A stretch of 64,000 nucleotides of DNA from Firmicutes bacterium UBA4881. GTDB lineage: Bacteria; Bacillota; DTU065. A program made the translations under genes and the position numbers. The stretch is taken from the NCBI GenBank assembly GCA_002399235.1, contig DHDH01000001.1, positions 97,366 to 161,365 of the forward strand, written 5' to 3'. Shown piece by piece: positions 1 to 11,120 of the stretch (positions are counted from its first letter, which is position 1; the number at the start of each line of letters is the position of its first letter). The notes below the pieces were generated by a model. That model was given only the letters and a program-made list of their open reading frames with translations, was not told where the DNA came from and ran no database searches.

Positions 1-164
1 TTTCGGATACACAAAACATGTAAAACATGATCTTATTTAAATGATTAGAAGGAATTTTTTGTGGGTAAGGGAATAATATAGATTAGGTGAACAGCCAAAG
101 TAAAAACGAGTTTGCCGTACCGTAGTTGCTCTTTTGCTGTCAAATCACAGAAGGAGGTTAGGCT

Positions 165-425
165 ATGGAAGTACTTAAAGTTTCTACAAATTCCACCCCT
201 AAATCTGTTGCTGGTGCTTTAGCTGCTGTTTTAAGAGATAAAGGTACTGCTGAATTGCAAGCAGTGGGTGCGGGGGCAGTTAATCAAGCTGTAAAGGCTA
301 TTGCAATTGCTAGAGGTTTCGTAGCTCCTAATGGTATTGATCTGGTTTGCATCCCTGCATTTGCAGAGATCGAAATCGACGGCGAAGAGCGCACAGCAAT
401 CAAATTCATTGTTGAGCCCAGATAA
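165..425 (+). CDS. spoVS: Stage V sporulation protein S (SpoVS)
   Basis: 86 aa with near-identity in pattern to SpoVS (MEVLKVS...AIARGF...ERTAIKFIVEPR). RBS AGGAGG precedes the ATG. Confidence 0.9.
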   Translation: MEVLKVSTNSTPKSVAGALAAVLRDKGTAELQAVGAGAVNQAVKAIAIARGFVAPNGIDLVCIPAFAEIEIDGEERTAIKFIVEPR

Positions 426-545
426 AAAAATCACCTGGGAATGAATTTACTGGACTGCCATTAAGGCAGTCCCTCTTTTTTGGCATAAATTCAGACTTCC
501 TCCCATAAGTATTAGTAGACAAGCAAGAAAAACGGGGGGAAAACT

Positions 546-1235
546 ATGCCAGATAATTTGCATCTTAGTGAGCATGAGTTAATTATTCTTTGCCGAAATC
601 GTAATGAGGAAGCGCTGGAGATAATGCTTAAACGATATTTACCCATGGTTAGACACATAGTTTCCCGTTATCGCTTTAGTGTTGTCGAAAGAGAAGATTT
701 GTTGCAGGAAGGATTAATGGGATTATACGCAGCATTACTTCAATACGATGAAAAATATGGGATTAAGTTCAGTTCTTTTGCTTACATCTGCATTCTAAGA
801 AAAGTCCTTAACTCGGTAAAACAAAGTACCAAGGCTGGTAATAAAACTCTAAATGAAGCTATATCTTTAAATAATCAAATTAATATGGATGAAACTAGGT
901 CGCTTTTAGATGTCATTGAAGCTGAAGACGGAGATCCCTGGGAAAGACTAGAAAGAAACCATGGGAATTATGCTTTTTATAAAGTTTTGTCAGAACAATG
1001 TTCGATGTTGGAATTTGCAGTTAGTGTTTTATTAACTGAGGGTTATTCCACAGCAGAAATTGAAAAAGAATTAGGAGTGGAGGCTAAAGTTATCGATAAT
1101 GCTCGTACCAGGCTCAAACGTAAATTGAATAAGATTTTAGTAGAAAATGGGTCAGTAGCTCAAGCCTGTGGTAAGAAACGCAGGAAAAGAGAAGACCTTT
1201 ATTATAGGCTCCCCTACACTCTTTTTCAAAAATAA
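546..1235 (+). CDS. Sigma-70 family sigma factor, SigH(Spo0H)-like paralog
   Basis: Region 2 motif EREDLLQEGLMGLY. Region 3/4 resembles B. subtilis SigH (TRSLLDVI..., ...IDNARTRLKRKLNKIL). Genomic context is not the canonical sigH locus. Confidence 0.7.
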   Translation: MPDNLHLSEHELIILCRNRNEEALEIMLKRYLPMVRHIVSRYRFSVVEREDLLQEGLMGLYAALLQYDEKYGIKFSSFAYICILRKVLNSVKQSTKAGNKTLNEAISLNNQINMDETRSLLDVIEAEDGDPWERLERNHGNYAFYKVLSEQCSMLEFAVSVLLTEGYSTAEIEKELGVEAKVIDNARTRLKRKLNKILVENGSVAQACGKKRRKREDLYYRLPYTLFQK

Positions 1236-1242
1236 GTAAAAA

Positions 1243-1273
1243 AGCTGTTAGCTATAGCTAACAGCTTTTTTTA
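1243..1273 (+). terminator. Rho-independent terminator after the sigma factor gene
   Basis: Perfect 11 bp inverted repeat AGCTGTTAGCT..AGCTAACAGCT followed by a T7 run. Confidence 0.8.
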
Positions 1274-1397
1274 GGTTAATGCTAATAAAGTTAATGAATT
1301 GCAAAACCTTAGGCAGCAGGAAAAATAGTTCCTATGGCGAAGAGTTTGTAGGGCAAACTTAAGCAATAATACCCGGTTCCTTCTAGGAGGTTAGAGC

Positions 1398-1712
1398 ATG
1401 CACGAAGCTGGTAAAATTATCAAGATTAATCGTGTTATTCATGAACCTGTGCGATTAGCGATTATGGCTTGCCTCTATGAGAAGGAGTATGCAGATTTTA
1501 ATGGATTACTACAAGAATTTACATTGACTAGAGGCAACTTAGCTAGTCACATTAAAAAATTAGAACAATCTCGTTATTTAGAAGTTATAAAAACTTTTCG
1601 TGATCGTATACCACATACAACATATACATTAACGAATAAAGGGCGTAAAGCCTATGAAGAATACTGGCGTCTCTTCGACGAAATACGTCAGGATATTGTC
1701 TTGGGGGGATAA
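1398..1712 (+). CDS. Winged-helix transcriptional regulator
   Basis: 104 aa with a wHTH-like core (LTRGNLASHIKKLEQSRYLE). Its stop abuts the smc start. Confidence 0.55.
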   Translation: MHEAGKIIKINRVIHEPVRLAIMACLYEKEYADFNGLLQEFTLTRGNLASHIKKLEQSRYLEVIKTFRDRIPHTTYTLTNKGRKAYEEYWRLFDEIRQDIVLGG

Positions 1713-1713
1713 C

Positions 1714-4700
1714 ATGCGTTTAAAAAAACTTGAGATATATGGATTTAAATCATTTGCTGACAAAACAGTAATCGAATTCCCTCAAGGTATAACTGCTATT
1801 GTTGGACCAAATGGTAGTGGCAAAAGCAATATAGTCGATGCCATACGCTGGGTTTTAGGCGAACAATCTGCTCGTGAACTAAGAGGTGAGAGAGTAGAAG
1901 ACTTGATCTTTAACGGTAGTGCCTTAAGACGCAAGTTAGGATTTGCTCAGGTTTCTCTCACTTTCGATAACTCTGATGGACTATTACCTACAGAGTTTAA
2001 CGAAATATTGATCACGAGAAAGGCTTATCGTTCAGGAGAAAGCGAATACTATATTAACAAAGCACGTTGCCGTTTAAAAGATATACAAGATCTTTTTCTT
2101 GATACTGGCCTAGGGAAAAACTCCTTTGCTATGGTTGGGCAAGGGCAAGTTGAGTCGATTATAGAAGCTAAACCCAAAGATAGAAGATTACTTTTTGATG
2201 AAGCAGCTGGTATTAATAAATATAAAGCCAAAAAAGACGAAACTTTGCGCAAGTTAGAGAGAACAGAGATTGATCTGGCAAGAGCAACTGATATAGCAAG
2301 CGAGTTAGAAAAAAGGATCGAGCCTTTGAAAGAGGCTAAAGATAAAGCGAAGATCTATTTAGACTTAACAGCCAAGCTAAATAAGGCGCGAGAGAACCTA
2401 GTTATGGCTGAAGCATGGGAACTCTTTCAGAGTATTGATTTAGCTAATAGCCGTAAAGAAGACTATGAAAACGAATTGATTGCACATGGGGCTAAGCTGA
2501 ATCGTTTAGAGAGTTCTGAGATTACTCTTAAAGAAGAATTAAGAGAACTTGATGAAAAGATGATGGTAAAGCAAAACAAGCTTTACCAAAGAGAACAAGA
2601 GTTACAAAATATAAACGCTGATCTACGTGTTATTAAAGAGAAACGAGAAAGTTTAAAAGACAAAATAGAGATGGCTAGAAACCTAATCAAAGAGAGAAAT
2701 GTGCAGATCACAGAAAAAGAAAACATAAACCAAAGCGCTCTCGATCAGGAGATTAATTTAAAAAAAGAACTAGCTGAAATAAAAGCCTCATTACAGCAAA
2801 AACAACAGGAGTTAAATAACTATTTAGCCGAACAGAAAAAGACCCAACAAGGTATTGAAGACTTAAAAGATTTATTGTTTGAAAAAAGCCACCAGTTAGC
2901 AGAAAAACGCAATGAAAAAGCTAGGTTAAATCGAGAAATTGAATTATTATTACTAAATATCGAAAGAAGTAAGGAAACACTTGGTCTGAAACTGGATGAA
3001 AGTTCAGCAAAAAAAGGTCTAATTAACAAGCTCGAAGTAGCTAAAGAACAATCTAAGCAAAAAGGTGCAGAAATCTTAACTCAGATCGATAATCTTACAG
3101 AATTGATCAAGTTAAGAGAAATAGAACTAAAAACAGAGCAACATGAATTTAATGTTTTAGAAGATGTTTACAGGGAAAAGAGTGCTAGACTAAAAGCTTT
3201 ACAAGCTACCGAAGCTGAATACTCAGGATATCAAGGTGGAGTGCGAGCAGTATTAAAAGCCTCCCTGCCTGGCATATTGGGCCCTGTAGCTAGACTAATT
3301 AAAGTTTCTGATCAGTTCACTAAAGCAGTGGAGGCAGTCTTAGGTGGTCAATTACAGGGTTTGGTAACCACAACCGATGTAGCTGCTGAAAAAGCGATTA
3401 CTTACCTTAAAGAAAAGCGTTTAGGGAAAGCTACTTTTTACCCCTTAAACCTTTTAGAGGCAAGAGTATTACCTAAAGATGACAGGCATCTTCTTTCACT
3501 TCCTGGAGTGCTAGGGCTCTTAACTGATTATTTAGATTGTGATCAGAATCTCCAGGTTTTGGCAGACTTTTTAGGAGGCAGAACCTTTGTTACAGATAAT
3601 CTAGCTAGTGCTAGGGCTCTTGCCCATAACTGTAAAAGTCGTTATCGTATTGTTACCTTAGACGGAGAAGTCATTAATAGCGGTGGGACAATGACTGGCG
3701 GTGAAGAGAAAGAAGAAAGAGTTGGACTTTTAAAAAGACAAGCCCTAATTGAGCAATTACAAAAAGAATGCGAAGCTGAAGGTATTCAACTGACACAAGG
3801 CAAAAAAGCATTAGAAGGCAAGCTAAATGAATTTAAAGAAAAGCAATATCAACTAGCTACAATTAAAGAAGAGTTGCAAGCAGAAATTCTGCATACAGAG
3901 ACTCTTAGTGCACAAATAAAGCCTATTCAATCTCTGGTAGAGGGCCTCTCCTTAGAGATTGAGACTTTTAGAAAAGATATTAATGAAAGCGAAGAACAAC
4001 TAAAGTCATACCAAATTCAACTAACTACTCTAGATAACGAAAATGCTATCTTAATAACAGAAGAAGCTACTACAAGAGAGCAGTTAAAAAATTTAACAGA
4101 GATTGAATGGACAGATGAAACTAAACTCCGCGAAGAATACCAAGCTCTCAAGGACAGGGAAACCAGAGCTTTAGAAAGAGTAAATTATGCTGTAAAGGAA
4201 AGGCAGGTTCTCGAAGCTGAACTGGCTAAGATCAAGATAGAAAATGACGAGACTTTTGCCGATTTAAGAGGACTATTTCTTGAAGAGACCAAAGAACGCT
4301 TGCAAACGTTACAAAAGAATCAAGCTTGGCAAGTGACGTTACTAAAAAGCGAATTTTTAAGGCAAAGCTTAACTCAAAATAAAGAAGAAAAGGCATCACT
4401 TTTACAACGGTTAGAAGACTGTGAAGTAGAAATTAAAAAGATGCGACCAATTGTATCTAGGTCCGAGAGTGATTTAAGAGACGCTAGCACAGAACTAGCC
4501 AGGTTAGAAGGGCAAAAAGAAGCAATTGTGAATAAGGCTGAGGAGCTAGGTATAAACTTAGAAAGTCTTTCCCCTAATATAGCTTTGCCAAGTGAAGAAA
4601 GACATAAATTAAATAGTTTTTGTAAGAAATTAGATAGAGATATTGTAGAACTAGGTGCTGTAAATGTAGGCGCTATTGATGAATTTAAGGAAGTTTCGGA

Positions 4701-5268
4701 GCGTTATAGTTTCCTCTCTACCCAAATTAACGATCTTGTTGAGGCCAAAACGGATCTTTTAGAGGTGTTAGCAAAATTAGATAAAGCAAGCAGAGAACGC
4801 TTTCAAGAAGCATTTCAAGAGATTAAAGCAGAATTTGAAAAGCTATATAAAGTACTTTTTGGGGGAGGAGAGGCTACCCTCGTCTTAGAAGAAGGCGATC
4901 TTCTTGAAGCAGGTGTTGATATTAAAGCACAACCTCCAGGGAAAAAATTACAGAATATTGTACTTTTAAGTGGAGGAGAGAAAGCCTTAACGGCAATTGC
5001 TCTCATCTTTGCTGTGCTTTGTGTTCGCCAAGTGCCATTTTACCTATTAGACGAGATAGATGCACCTTTAGATGAGGCCAATTTAGAGCGTTACGGCTAC
5101 CTCATTAAAGAGAAGGCCAAGACTTCGCAGATCATTCTTATAACCCATAGACGTCGCAGTATGGAGTCAGCTCACCTTCTCTATGGTGTAGCCATGGAAG
5201 AAAAGGGTGTAAGCAAGATTCTTACCCTACGTCTCGAGGATGAGCAAGCAGCGATTGCTACAGAATAA
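1714..5268 (+). CDS. smc: Chromosome segregation protein SMC
   Basis: N-terminal Walker A (GPNGSGKSN), long coiled coils, a hinge, and C-terminal signature [16 protein letters not shown] plus Walker [11 protein letters not shown]. The true start is ATG 1714 ([14 protein letters not shown]), downstream of the ORF-track start. Confidence 0.95.
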   Translation: MRLKKLEIYGFKSFADKTVIEFPQGITAIVGPNGSGKSNIVDAIRWVLGEQSARELRGERVEDLIFNGSALRRKLGFAQVSLTFDNSDGLLPTEFNEILITRKAYRSGESEYYINKARCRLKDIQDLFLDTGLGKNSFAMVGQGQVESIIEAKPKDRRLLFDEAAGINKYKAKKDETLRKLERTEIDLARATDIASELEKRIEPLKEAKDKAKIYLDLTAKLNKARENLVMAEAWELFQSIDLANSRKEDYENELIAHGAKLNRLESSEITLKEELRELDEKMMVKQNKLYQREQELQNINADLRVIKEKRESLKDKIEMARNLIKERNVQITEKENINQSALDQEINLKKELAEIKASLQQKQQELNNYLAEQKKTQQGIEDLKDLLFEKSHQLAEKRNEKARLNREIELLLLNIERSKETLGLKLDESSAKKGLINKLEVAKEQSKQKGAEILTQIDNLTELIKLREIELKTEQHEFNVLEDVYREKSARLKALQATEAEYSGYQGGVRAVLKASLPGILGPVARLIKVSDQFTKAVEAVLGGQLQGLVTTTDVAAEKAITYLKEKRLGKATFYPLNLLEARVLPKDDRHLLSLPGVLGLLTDYLDCDQNLQVLADFLGGRTFVTDNLASARALAHNCKSRYRIVTLDGEVINSGGTMTGGEEKEERVGLLKRQALIEQLQKECEAEGIQLTQGKKALEGKLNEFKEKQYQLATIKEELQAEILHTETLSAQIKPIQSLVEGLSLEIETFRKDINESEEQLKSYQIQLTTLDNENAILITEEATTREQLKNLTEIEWTDETKLREEYQALKDRETRALERVNYAVKERQVLEAELAKIKIENDETFADLRGLFLEETKERLQTLQKNQAWQVTLLKSEFLRQSLTQNKEEKASLLQRLEDCEVEIKKMRPIVSRSESDLRDASTELARLEGQKEAIVNKAEELGINLESLSPNIALPSEERHKLNSFCKKLDRDIVELGAVNVGAIDEFKEVSERYSFLSTQINDLVEAKTDLLEVLAKLDKASRERFQEAFQEIKAEFEKLYKVLFGGGEATLVLEEGDLLEAGVDIKAQPPGKKLQNIVLLSGGEKALTAIALIFAVLCVRQVPFYLLDEIDAPLDEANLERYGYLIKEKAKTSQIILITHRRRSMESAHLLYGVAMEEKGVSKILTLRLEDEQAAIATE

Positions 5269-5295
5269 TAAGGAATATTTTTGAGGTGAAAATAA

Positions 5296-6201
5296 ATGGG
5301 ATTCTTTGATAAACTAGTTAGTGGTTTAACAAAAACCAGAGATAATCTGGTTAAACAGATTAAAAGCGTTCTTAGTGGCAAAAAGATCTCAGAAGAGCTT
5401 TTTGAGGAACTAGAAGAGATATTAATAGGTGCAGATATTGGTGTTACTAGTACAATGGAAATAATGGAGAATGTTAGAGAGCGTTGCCGTCAAGAAAAAG
5501 TTCAAGAAGGTTCTCAGGTTGAGAAGATTTTGCAAGAAGAGATTCGCAAAGTTATTGGTGAAAAAACTGAATTAGAGCCACCAGCAACTACACCTTGGGT
5601 TATTATGGTTGTGGGTGTTAATGGTGTAGGAAAAACTACCACTATAGGTAAATTAGCTGCTCGTTTTACAGCTGAAGGCAAAAAAGTAGTTCTAGCTGCT
5701 GGAGATACCTTTAGAGCTGCAGCTGCTGAACAATTAGCTATTTGGGCAGAACGTTCTAAAGCACAGCTAATTCGTCATGAAGAAGGTTCTGATCCAGCCG
5801 CTGTAGCTTATGATGCTGTGCAAGCAGCGAGAAATCGTAAAGCCGATGTCTTGATAATCGATACTGCTGGTAGACTCCACACTAAAAGTAACTTAATGGA
5901 AGAATTGAAAAAGATAAAAAGAGTTATTAGTAGAGAAATGCCTGACGCGCCACACGATGTTTTGCTGGTGATGGATGCAACAACAGGCCAAAACGGCTTA
6001 AGCCAAGCTAAAGTTTTCAAAGAAGCTACCGAAGTTAGTGGTATTGTCCTTACCAAATTAGATGGTACTGCTAAAGGTGGTATTGTAATAGCAATCAAGA
6101 GAGAACTAGGGATTCCAGTTAAACTAGTTGGTGTTGGTGAAGGAATTGATGACATGCAAAACTTTAATCCCGATGACTTTGTTGAGGCTTTATTTAGCTA
6201 A
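5296..6201 (+). CDS. ftsY: Signal recognition particle receptor FtsY
   Basis: SRP GTPase motifs: GVNGVGKTTTIGKLA, DTAGR, TKLDGTAKGG. Confidence 0.95.
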   Translation: MGFFDKLVSGLTKTRDNLVKQIKSVLSGKKISEELFEELEEILIGADIGVTSTMEIMENVRERCRQEKVQEGSQVEKILQEEIRKVIGEKTELEPPATTPWVIMVVGVNGVGKTTTIGKLAARFTAEGKKVVLAAGDTFRAAAAEQLAIWAERSKAQLIRHEEGSDPAAVAYDAVQAARNRKADVLIIDTAGRLHTKSNLMEELKKIKRVISREMPDAPHDVLLVMDATTGQNGLSQAKVFKEATEVSGIVLTKLDGTAKGGIVIAIKRELGIPVKLVGVGEGIDDMQNFNPDDFVEALFS

Positions 6202-6264
6202 TTAGCTGTCAAGTGAAAAAGCTTGACAGAGTTTGTTTCATACTCTATACTAGCAAAGGAAGAG

Positions 6265-6615
6265 ATGCTCATGGAGATTATTAAAACTGTGCGCATGGGC
6301 CTTCTTCACGATTTTTATGGTCCATTACTAACGCCCAAACAAAGACGGTGTATACAGCTTTATTATGAAGCCGATCTCTCACTTGCTGAAACTGCCGAGA
6401 AGTTTGGTAGTAGTAGGCAGGCAGTCTACGATCTTCTCAAAAGGACAGAGAAACTTCTTGAGGAGTATGAAAGCAAGCTGGGGCTTCTCCAAAAATACGA
6501 AGAGAGAGAAAAGCGTTATGCTGACCTTTTATCTTTAGTAAAAGGAAATCCTCTCGAAAAAGAGGTCCGTGCTCTAGTAGCTGAACTGGAAAGGATTGAG
6601 ACCGGTGATATTTGA
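6265..6615 (+). CDS. ylxM: YlxM/UPF0122 HTH protein preceding ffh
   Basis: A small HTH protein in the conserved position between ftsY and ffh. The likely start is ATG 6265, which has a good RBS; the ORF-track start 6223 is probably too far upstream. Confidence 0.75.
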   Translation: MLMEIIKTVRMGLLHDFYGPLLTPKQRRCIQLYYEADLSLAETAEKFGSSRQAVYDLLKRTEKLLEEYESKLGLLQKYEEREKRYADLLSLVKGNPLEKEVRALVAELERIETGDI

Positions 6616-7939
6616 GAATCTTGCTGATAAGCTGCAAAACACTTTTAATAACCTTAAACGTCGTGGTAAACTGACCGAAAAAGAAGTGGAGTTAGCTTTA
6701 AAGGAAGTACGCTTAGCGCTGTTAGAAGCTGACGTTAACCACAAGGTTGTCAAATCGTTCACAGAACGAGTTAAAAACCGGGCGATAGGTGAAGAGGTTC
6801 TAAAAAGCCTAACACCGGCTCAGCAGGTTGTTAAAATTGTCTATGACGAATTAACCAGTCTTATGGGTGGCTCGGCAGCCCAATTAAATCTATCTTATAG
6901 TCCTTCTATTATCATGATGGTCGGTCTACAGGGTGCAGGTAAAACCACAACAGCAGGTAAATTAGCCCGTACCATTAAAGAAAAGGGACGTAGACCATTA
7001 TTAGTTGCTTGCGATGTATATCGTCCTGCTGCTGTTAAACAACTACAGGTTGTAGGAAATCAAATAGGCGTTAATGTGTTTAGCCAAGAAGGACAGAAAC
7101 CTGTTTCGATTGCCCAAGCTGGTATTAAATATGCTAACCAGAATGGCTTTGATGTCATCATTATTGATACAGCTGGTAGACTCCATGTTGATGAAGAATT
7201 AATGCAAGAACTAGTAGATCTAAAAACTAGTTTCAAACCGCAAGAAATTCTTTTTGTAGCTGATGCTATGACTGGCCAAGATGCAGTCAATGTAGCAGCT
7301 AGTTTTAATGAAAGACTAGACATTTCAGGCATTATTCTGACCAAAATGGATGGCGATGCCCGTGGTGGTGCAGCACTTTCTATCCGCGAGGTAGTAGGTA
7401 AACCAATTAAATTTGCCGCCTTTGGTGAGAAGTTAGATGCGTTAGAAATATTTCATCCGGATAGAATGGCTTCGAGAATCCTTGGTATGGGCGATTTAGG
7501 TACTATTTTAGAAAAAGCCCAACAAGCTATTGATGAGAAAGAAGCTGCCCAACTAGTTCAAAAACTTACTACAGATGATTTTAATCTGGAAGACTTTTAT
7601 GAACAGATGCAGCAGATGAAGAAAATGGGGCCTTTAAATCAACTTATGGACATGGTACCTGGAATGAACAAGATGAAAGGCCAAGCTGATTTCAGCGCTG
7701 CTGAAAAAGAGATGAAACAGCTCGAAGCTATTATAAATTCAATGACTCCTAAAGAGAGAAGGCAACCTGATCTTATCGACGCCTCCCGTAAAAAGCGGAT
7801 TGCTAACGGTTCTGGTGCAAGGGTACAGGATGTCAATAGATTGTTAAAACAATTTGGTGAGACCAAAAAGGTAATGAAACAATTTGGTGGTCTGAGCCAA
7901 AAAGGTAAGAAAAAATTTAAAATGCCATTCTTTAATTAA
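6605..7939 (+). CDS. ffh: Signal recognition particle protein Ffh
   Basis: MIFENLADKLQ matches the Ffh N-terminus. GTPase motifs GLQGAGKTTT, DTAGR, TKMDGDARGG are present, as is a Met-rich M domain. The likely start is GTG 6605, not TTG 6596. Confidence 0.95.
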   Translation: MIFENLADKLQNTFNNLKRRGKLTEKEVELALKEVRLALLEADVNHKVVKSFTERVKNRAIGEEVLKSLTPAQQVVKIVYDELTSLMGGSAAQLNLSYSPSIIMMVGLQGAGKTTTAGKLARTIKEKGRRPLLVACDVYRPAAVKQLQVVGNQIGVNVFSQEGQKPVSIAQAGIKYANQNGFDVIIIDTAGRLHVDEELMQELVDLKTSFKPQEILFVADAMTGQDAVNVAASFNERLDISGIILTKMDGDARGGAALSIREVVGKPIKFAAFGEKLDALEIFHPDRMASRILGMGDLGTILEKAQQAIDEKEAAQLVQKLTTDDFNLEDFYEQMQQMKKMGPLNQLMDMVPGMNKMKGQADFSAAEKEMKQLEAIINSMTPKERRQPDLIDASRKKRIANGSGARVQDVNRLLKQFGETKKVMKQFGGLSQKGKKKFKMPFFN

Positions 7940-7960
7940 GTGTGAGGAGGTGAACTAGAG

Positions 7961-8257
7961 ATGAGTGTTAAGATCAGATTACGTCGTATGGGTAAGAAAA
8001 AACAGCCATTCTATCGTCTGGTTGTAGCGGATTCCCGTACTCCTAGAGACGGCCGCTTTATTGATATTCTTGGTTATTATAATCCAGTAACTCAGCCAGC
8101 TGAAGTCAAGATTGATGAAGAGAAGGCTCTAGATTGGTTAAAGAAAGGTGCTCAACCTTCAACTACAGCTAAAAACCTTCTTTCTCAAGCTGGAGTATTA
8201 ACCAAGCTTGCTGCCTCCAAGAATGACTCTACAGAAGGCTCAGACGCCAATAACTAA
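7961..8257 (+). CDS. rpsP: 30S ribosomal protein S16
   Basis: [26 protein letters not shown] is the S16 signature. Confidence 0.95.
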   Translation: MSVKIRLRRMGKKKQPFYRLVVADSRTPRDGRFIDILGYYNPVTQPAEVKIDEEKALDWLKKGAQPSTTAKNLLSQAGVLTKLAASKNDSTEGSDANN

Positions 8258-8271
8258 GGAGGTCTGAAGCA

Positions 8272-8499
8272 ATGAAAGAGCTTGTGGAAATTCTAGCTAA
8301 GAGCCTTGTTGACAATCCAGATCAAGTTGTGGTTAAAGAGATCGTCGAAGCTAATGAACTTCGTTACGAACTAAATGTAGCCGAAACTGATATGGGTAAA
8401 GTTATCGGTAAACAGGGAAGAATAGCTAAAGCCCTGCGAATTGTCTTAAAGGCCGCAGCTAATAAAGAACAGAAGAGAGTATCACTAGATATTGTCTAA
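8272..8499 (+). CDS. KH-domain RNA-binding protein (YlqC family)
   Basis: 75 aa with a KH motif (VIGKQGRIAKALR). Sits in the conserved position between rpsP and rimM. Confidence 0.85.
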   Translation: MKELVEILAKSLVDNPDQVVVKEIVEANELRYELNVAETDMGKVIGKQGRIAKALRIVLKAAANKEQKRVSLDIV

Positions 8500-8543
8500 G
8501 AAGCAGGAGCCTTTAGAAGCTCCTGTTTTTTTGGAGGTCATGT

Positions 8544-9062
8544 ATGGAACTCTACACCATTGGTAAAATAGTCGGTGCGCAAGGGATCAAAGGTGAGCTA
8601 AAGGTTTATCCTCAAACTAGTTTTCCTGAGAGATTTTTACAAATGGAAAAAGTTATTGTTGGTAATGACCTGACAAAGAGAGAATACAAAATTCTTAATG
8701 TTCGTGATCACAAAAATGTTATAATTCTCAATTTAGATGGTATAGATGACCGTAATCAAGCTGAGGCCTTAGTTGGTCAGGAGCTCTTTGTTACCAGAGA
8801 AGAACTCTATGAACTTCCTGAGGACTGTTTTTATATCTTTGATCTGATTGGCCTTAAGGTTGAAGACAAAAAGTGGGGCCTATTGGGTAAGATAAAGGAT
8901 GTTATCGAAGGAGCCCAAGATTTGTACTTAGTTACCCCTGAGGAAAGTGCTCCAGCAAAAGTGGAGTTTTACATTCCTGCAGTGAAAGCCTTTGTTCTAG
9001 CTATCAATTTAGAAACAGGTGTCATGCAGGTAGACCTACCAGAAGGTTTGTGGGAAGAATGA
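8544..9062 (+). CDS. rimM: 16S rRNA processing protein RimM
   Basis: N-terminus IGKIVGAQGIKGELKV plus a PRC barrel. Lies in the conserved rpsP-rimM-trmD order. Confidence 0.9.
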   Translation: MELYTIGKIVGAQGIKGELKVYPQTSFPERFLQMEKVIVGNDLTKREYKILNVRDHKNVIILNLDGIDDRNQAEALVGQELFVTREELYELPEDCFYIFDLIGLKVEDKKWGLLGKIKDVIEGAQDLYLVTPEESAPAKVEFYIPAVKAFVLAINLETGVMQVDLPEGLWEE

Positions 9063-9751
9063 GAATTGATATTATTACTTTATTTCCAGAGATGTTTGGT
9101 CCTGTCTTCTCCCAGAGTATTTTGGGTAGAGCTCAAAGACAAGGCTTAGTCCAGATTGTTTTGCACAACTTAAGGGATTACACCTATGATAGGCACCGCA
9201 CTGTTGACGATACTCCTTATGGTGGTGGTTCTGGTATGGTGTTAAAACCGGAACCATTATATGAAGCAGTTAACTCTGTAAAATCAATACCAGTCACTTT
9301 TCAAAGAGAGGCTATCAGGAAAACAGCTTTTCTTACACCTCAGGGGCAACCTCTCAAGCAAAATTTAGTCCAAGGATTAACCAAATTGGACCAGTTAATC
9401 TTGGTGTGTGGCCATTATGAGGGATTTGATGAACGCTCACGGATATTATTAGCTGAACTAGAGATATCTTTGGGTGACTTTGTGCTAACAGGTGGAGAGA
9501 TTGCTGCTATGGCAGTTACAGACGCAGTGGCAAGACTACTTCCTGGAGTATTAGGTGATGAGTATTCGGCCGAAGAAGAATCTTTCACTGAAGATCTTTT
9601 AGAATATCCCCAATATACCAGACCCCGAGTTTTTCAGGGTTTAGAAGTACCAGAGGTATTACTTAGTGGTAACCATAAAGAGATTGCTTTATGGCGAAGA
9701 AATCAGTCCTTAGAAAGGACTAAAAACCGCCGTCCCGACCTATTGAAATAG
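9059..9751 (+). CDS. trmD: tRNA (guanine37-N1)-methyltransferase TrmD
   Basis: MRIDIITLFPEMF is the TrmD N-terminus, and the SPOUT knot motifs are present. The ATG at 9059 is preferred over the GTG at 9050. Confidence 0.95.
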   Translation: MRIDIITLFPEMFGPVFSQSILGRAQRQGLVQIVLHNLRDYTYDRHRTVDDTPYGGGSGMVLKPEPLYEAVNSVKSIPVTFQREAIRKTAFLTPQGQPLKQNLVQGLTKLDQLILVCGHYEGFDERSRILLAELEISLGDFVLTGGEIAAMAVTDAVARLLPGVLGDEYSAEEESFTEDLLEYPQYTRPRVFQGLEVPEVLLSGNHKEIALWRRNQSLERTKNRRPDLLK

Positions 9752-9849
9752 CTTGCCACTAAAAAAAGAAAATGTTATAATTAAGGTTGTTAATGCGGAT
9801 GGTCCGCTGTCGAGGACGACATGAACATCCTAAGAGAGGGGGTACCGCA

Positions 9850-10191
9850 ATGGACCTGATTAAACTAGTTGAACAACAATATGTGAAGAACGATATTCCC
9901 GAGTTTCGTCCTGGCGACACAGTAAATGTTGGTTACAAAGTCGTCGAAGGTGGCAAAGAGCGTATCCAAGCTTTCCAAGGGGTTGTCATTAAACGTCAAG
10001 GCAGTGGCATTAAAGAGACATTTACAGTTCGTAAGCTCTCTAATGGTGTTGGCGTCGAAAGAACTTTCCCAGTTCACAGCCCAAAGATTGCTAATATTGA
10101 AGTTACTCGTAAAGGTAAAGTACGTCGTGCCAAACTTTACTACTTGCGTGAACGTCAAGGTAAAGCCGCCAGAATTAAAGAGCGCATCTAA
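9850..10191 (+). CDS. rplS: 50S ribosomal protein L19
   Basis: From ATG 9850 ([25 protein letters not shown]...) the sequence is an L19 signature. The ORF-track start 9787 is an upstream extension. Confidence 0.95.
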   Translation: MDLIKLVEQQYVKNDIPEFRPGDTVNVGYKVVEGGKERIQAFQGVVIKRQGSGIKETFTVRKLSNGVGVERTFPVHSPKIANIEVTRKGKVRRAKLYYLRERQGKAARIKERI

Positions 10192-10254
10192 AAATAGGGG
10201 ACTGCCAAAAACAGTCCCTTTTTTATACACTTTTCCAAATAGTGAGGTGAGATT

Positions 10255-11115
10255 ATGCTACCTGATTTTAAAATACAATGGTACCCTGGTCATATGGCTA
10301 AAGCCAAACGAAATATTAAAGAAAATCTAAGCTTAGTAGATTTAATCATTGAAGTTCGAGATGCAAGAGCTCCTCTAGCAAGTGCTAATCCTACTTTAAG
10401 TTCGTTAGGTGAACATAAAAAAAGAATTATTGTACTTAATAAAGCTGATTTAGCTGATGATGCTGTCACCCAAAAATGGCAAGCTCTTTTTCCAGAAGCA
10501 ATAGTTTTTTCAGGTAAGGAAACGCAATCTATTAAGATCTTGCAAAAAAAATTAGACCAGATTGGTCAGAAGTTAAAAGCAGATTGGTTACAAAGAGAGA
10601 AAGGCTTAAGACCATACAGAGCCCTTATTTTAGGTATGCCTAATGTGGGTAAGTCCACAATTATTAATGCTTTATCAAGATCGTCGAAGGCAAAAACCGG
10701 TGAGAAACCAGGTGTAACCCGGGGTAAGCAATGGATATCATTACCTAATGGATGGCAATTATTAGATACTCCTGGGGTGATGGTACCAGAAGCTGTTATA
10801 GGTAATACAGGTCTTTTTCTTGCTTTAATAAATGCCATAGAAGAGAAGCTTTACGATGAAGAACTTGCTGCCCTTCATTTTCTCAAATGGCTTCTAGAAA
10901 ATAAACCTCAAACCTTAAGTGAACGATATAAAATTAGTAATATAGATGACCCTTTAGCCTTATTAGAGGAGATTGGCCGTAAAAGAGGTTGTTTAAGAAG
11001 TGGTGGCTATGTCGAAACATCTAAGGCAGCACTAATTCTTTTAAGAGATTTTAGAGAAGGTCATCTTGGTCGTCTGTCTTTAGAAATACCAGAAACATTA
11101 GTAGAGAGGAGCTAA
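10255..11115 (+). CDS. rbgA: Ribosome biogenesis GTPase A (RbgA/YlqF)
   Basis: Circularly permuted GTPase with IQWYPGHMAKAKR, GMPNVGKST and DTPG. Confidence 0.9.
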   Translation: MLPDFKIQWYPGHMAKAKRNIKENLSLVDLIIEVRDARAPLASANPTLSSLGEHKKRIIVLNKADLADDAVTQKWQALFPEAIVFSGKETQSIKILQKKLDQIGQKLKADWLQREKGLRPYRALILGMPNVGKSTIINALSRSSKAKTGEKPGVTRGKQWISLPNGWQLLDTPGVMVPEAVIGNTGLFLALINAIEEKLYDEELAALHFLKWLLENKPQTLSERYKISNIDDPLALLEEIGRKRGCLRSGGYVETSKAALILLRDFREGHLGRLSLEIPETLVERS

Positions 11116-11120
11116 TAAGT

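Noticed and set aside
2049-5006. Several 60-70 aa antisense ORFs inside smc
   Set aside because: Short, compositionally biased, with no RBS. They sit inside a well-supported 1185 aa smc gene.
9926-10330. 134 aa ORF overlapping rplS and the start of rbgA
   Set aside because: It is a K/L/S-rich low-complexity translation of the rplS alternative frame, with no RBS. It spans an intergenic terminator region.
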